Source of the DNA: Octopus sinensis
Lineage: Eukaryota
DNA: 64,000 nt
Direction: 5' to 3'
NCBI RefSeq assembly: GCF_006345805.1
Contig: NC_043006.1
Location: forward strand, 25,544,001-25,608,000
Shown: positions 63,801 through 64,000 of the stretch, in pieces
Layout: every line of letters begins with the position of its first letter
Numbering within the stretch: the first letter of the stretch is position 1
Translations under genes and position numbers: made by a program
The notes under the pieces: generated by a model
Seen by the model: the letters and a program-made list of their open reading frames with translations, nothing else
Told to the model about the DNA's origin: nothing
Database searches by the model: none

Positions 63801-64000
63801 AAAACTTGTTATAATAGATCAATGCTACATAAAAAAATAAGATTTACAAAAAGTTCCAAGTTTATATATATATATACATATCATCATCAACATCATCATC
63901 ATCATCGTTTAACGTCCGCTTTCCATGGGTTGGACGGTTCAACTGGGATCTGGGGAGCCTGAAGGCTGCACCAGGCCAGTCAGATCTGGCAGTGTTTCTA

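Overview
AT-rich, microsatellite- and repeat-dense eukaryotic DNA. The repeat repertoire looks cephalopod, most likely Octopus; this is inferred from recognising the tRNA-derived SINEs and RTE tails, not from a database search. Two host genes lie on the + strand. (1) A gamma-tubulin gene, TUBG: 11 coding exons from 290 to 24328, with the first ~33 codons upstream of the window. (2) A reticulophagy-receptor gene, RETREG/FAM134: exons at 47942, 56379 and probably 60990, continuing past the window end. The rest is mostly transposon debris: RTE, CR1-like and R4/Dong LINEs, Penelope-like fragments, Gypsy-type LTR elements, DD37D/mariner transposons, piggyBac- and Merlin-like MITEs, Helitron-like elements, several SINE families and 67-bp, 83-bp and ~22-bp tandem arrays. 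Three observations stand out. First, three hammerhead-ribozyme-like motifs, each inside a palindrome or long inverted repeat, cluster within 1.7 kb of RETREG intron 1. Second, TUBG and RETREG are neighbours, as TUBG1 and RETREG3 are in human. Third, there is a very compact (~4 kb) LTR retrotransposon in Gypsy domain order with DIRS-like RT/RNase H motifs and a possible half-tRNA(iMet) primer site. Repeat boundaries were read by eye and are approximate unless a TSD or TIR is quoted.
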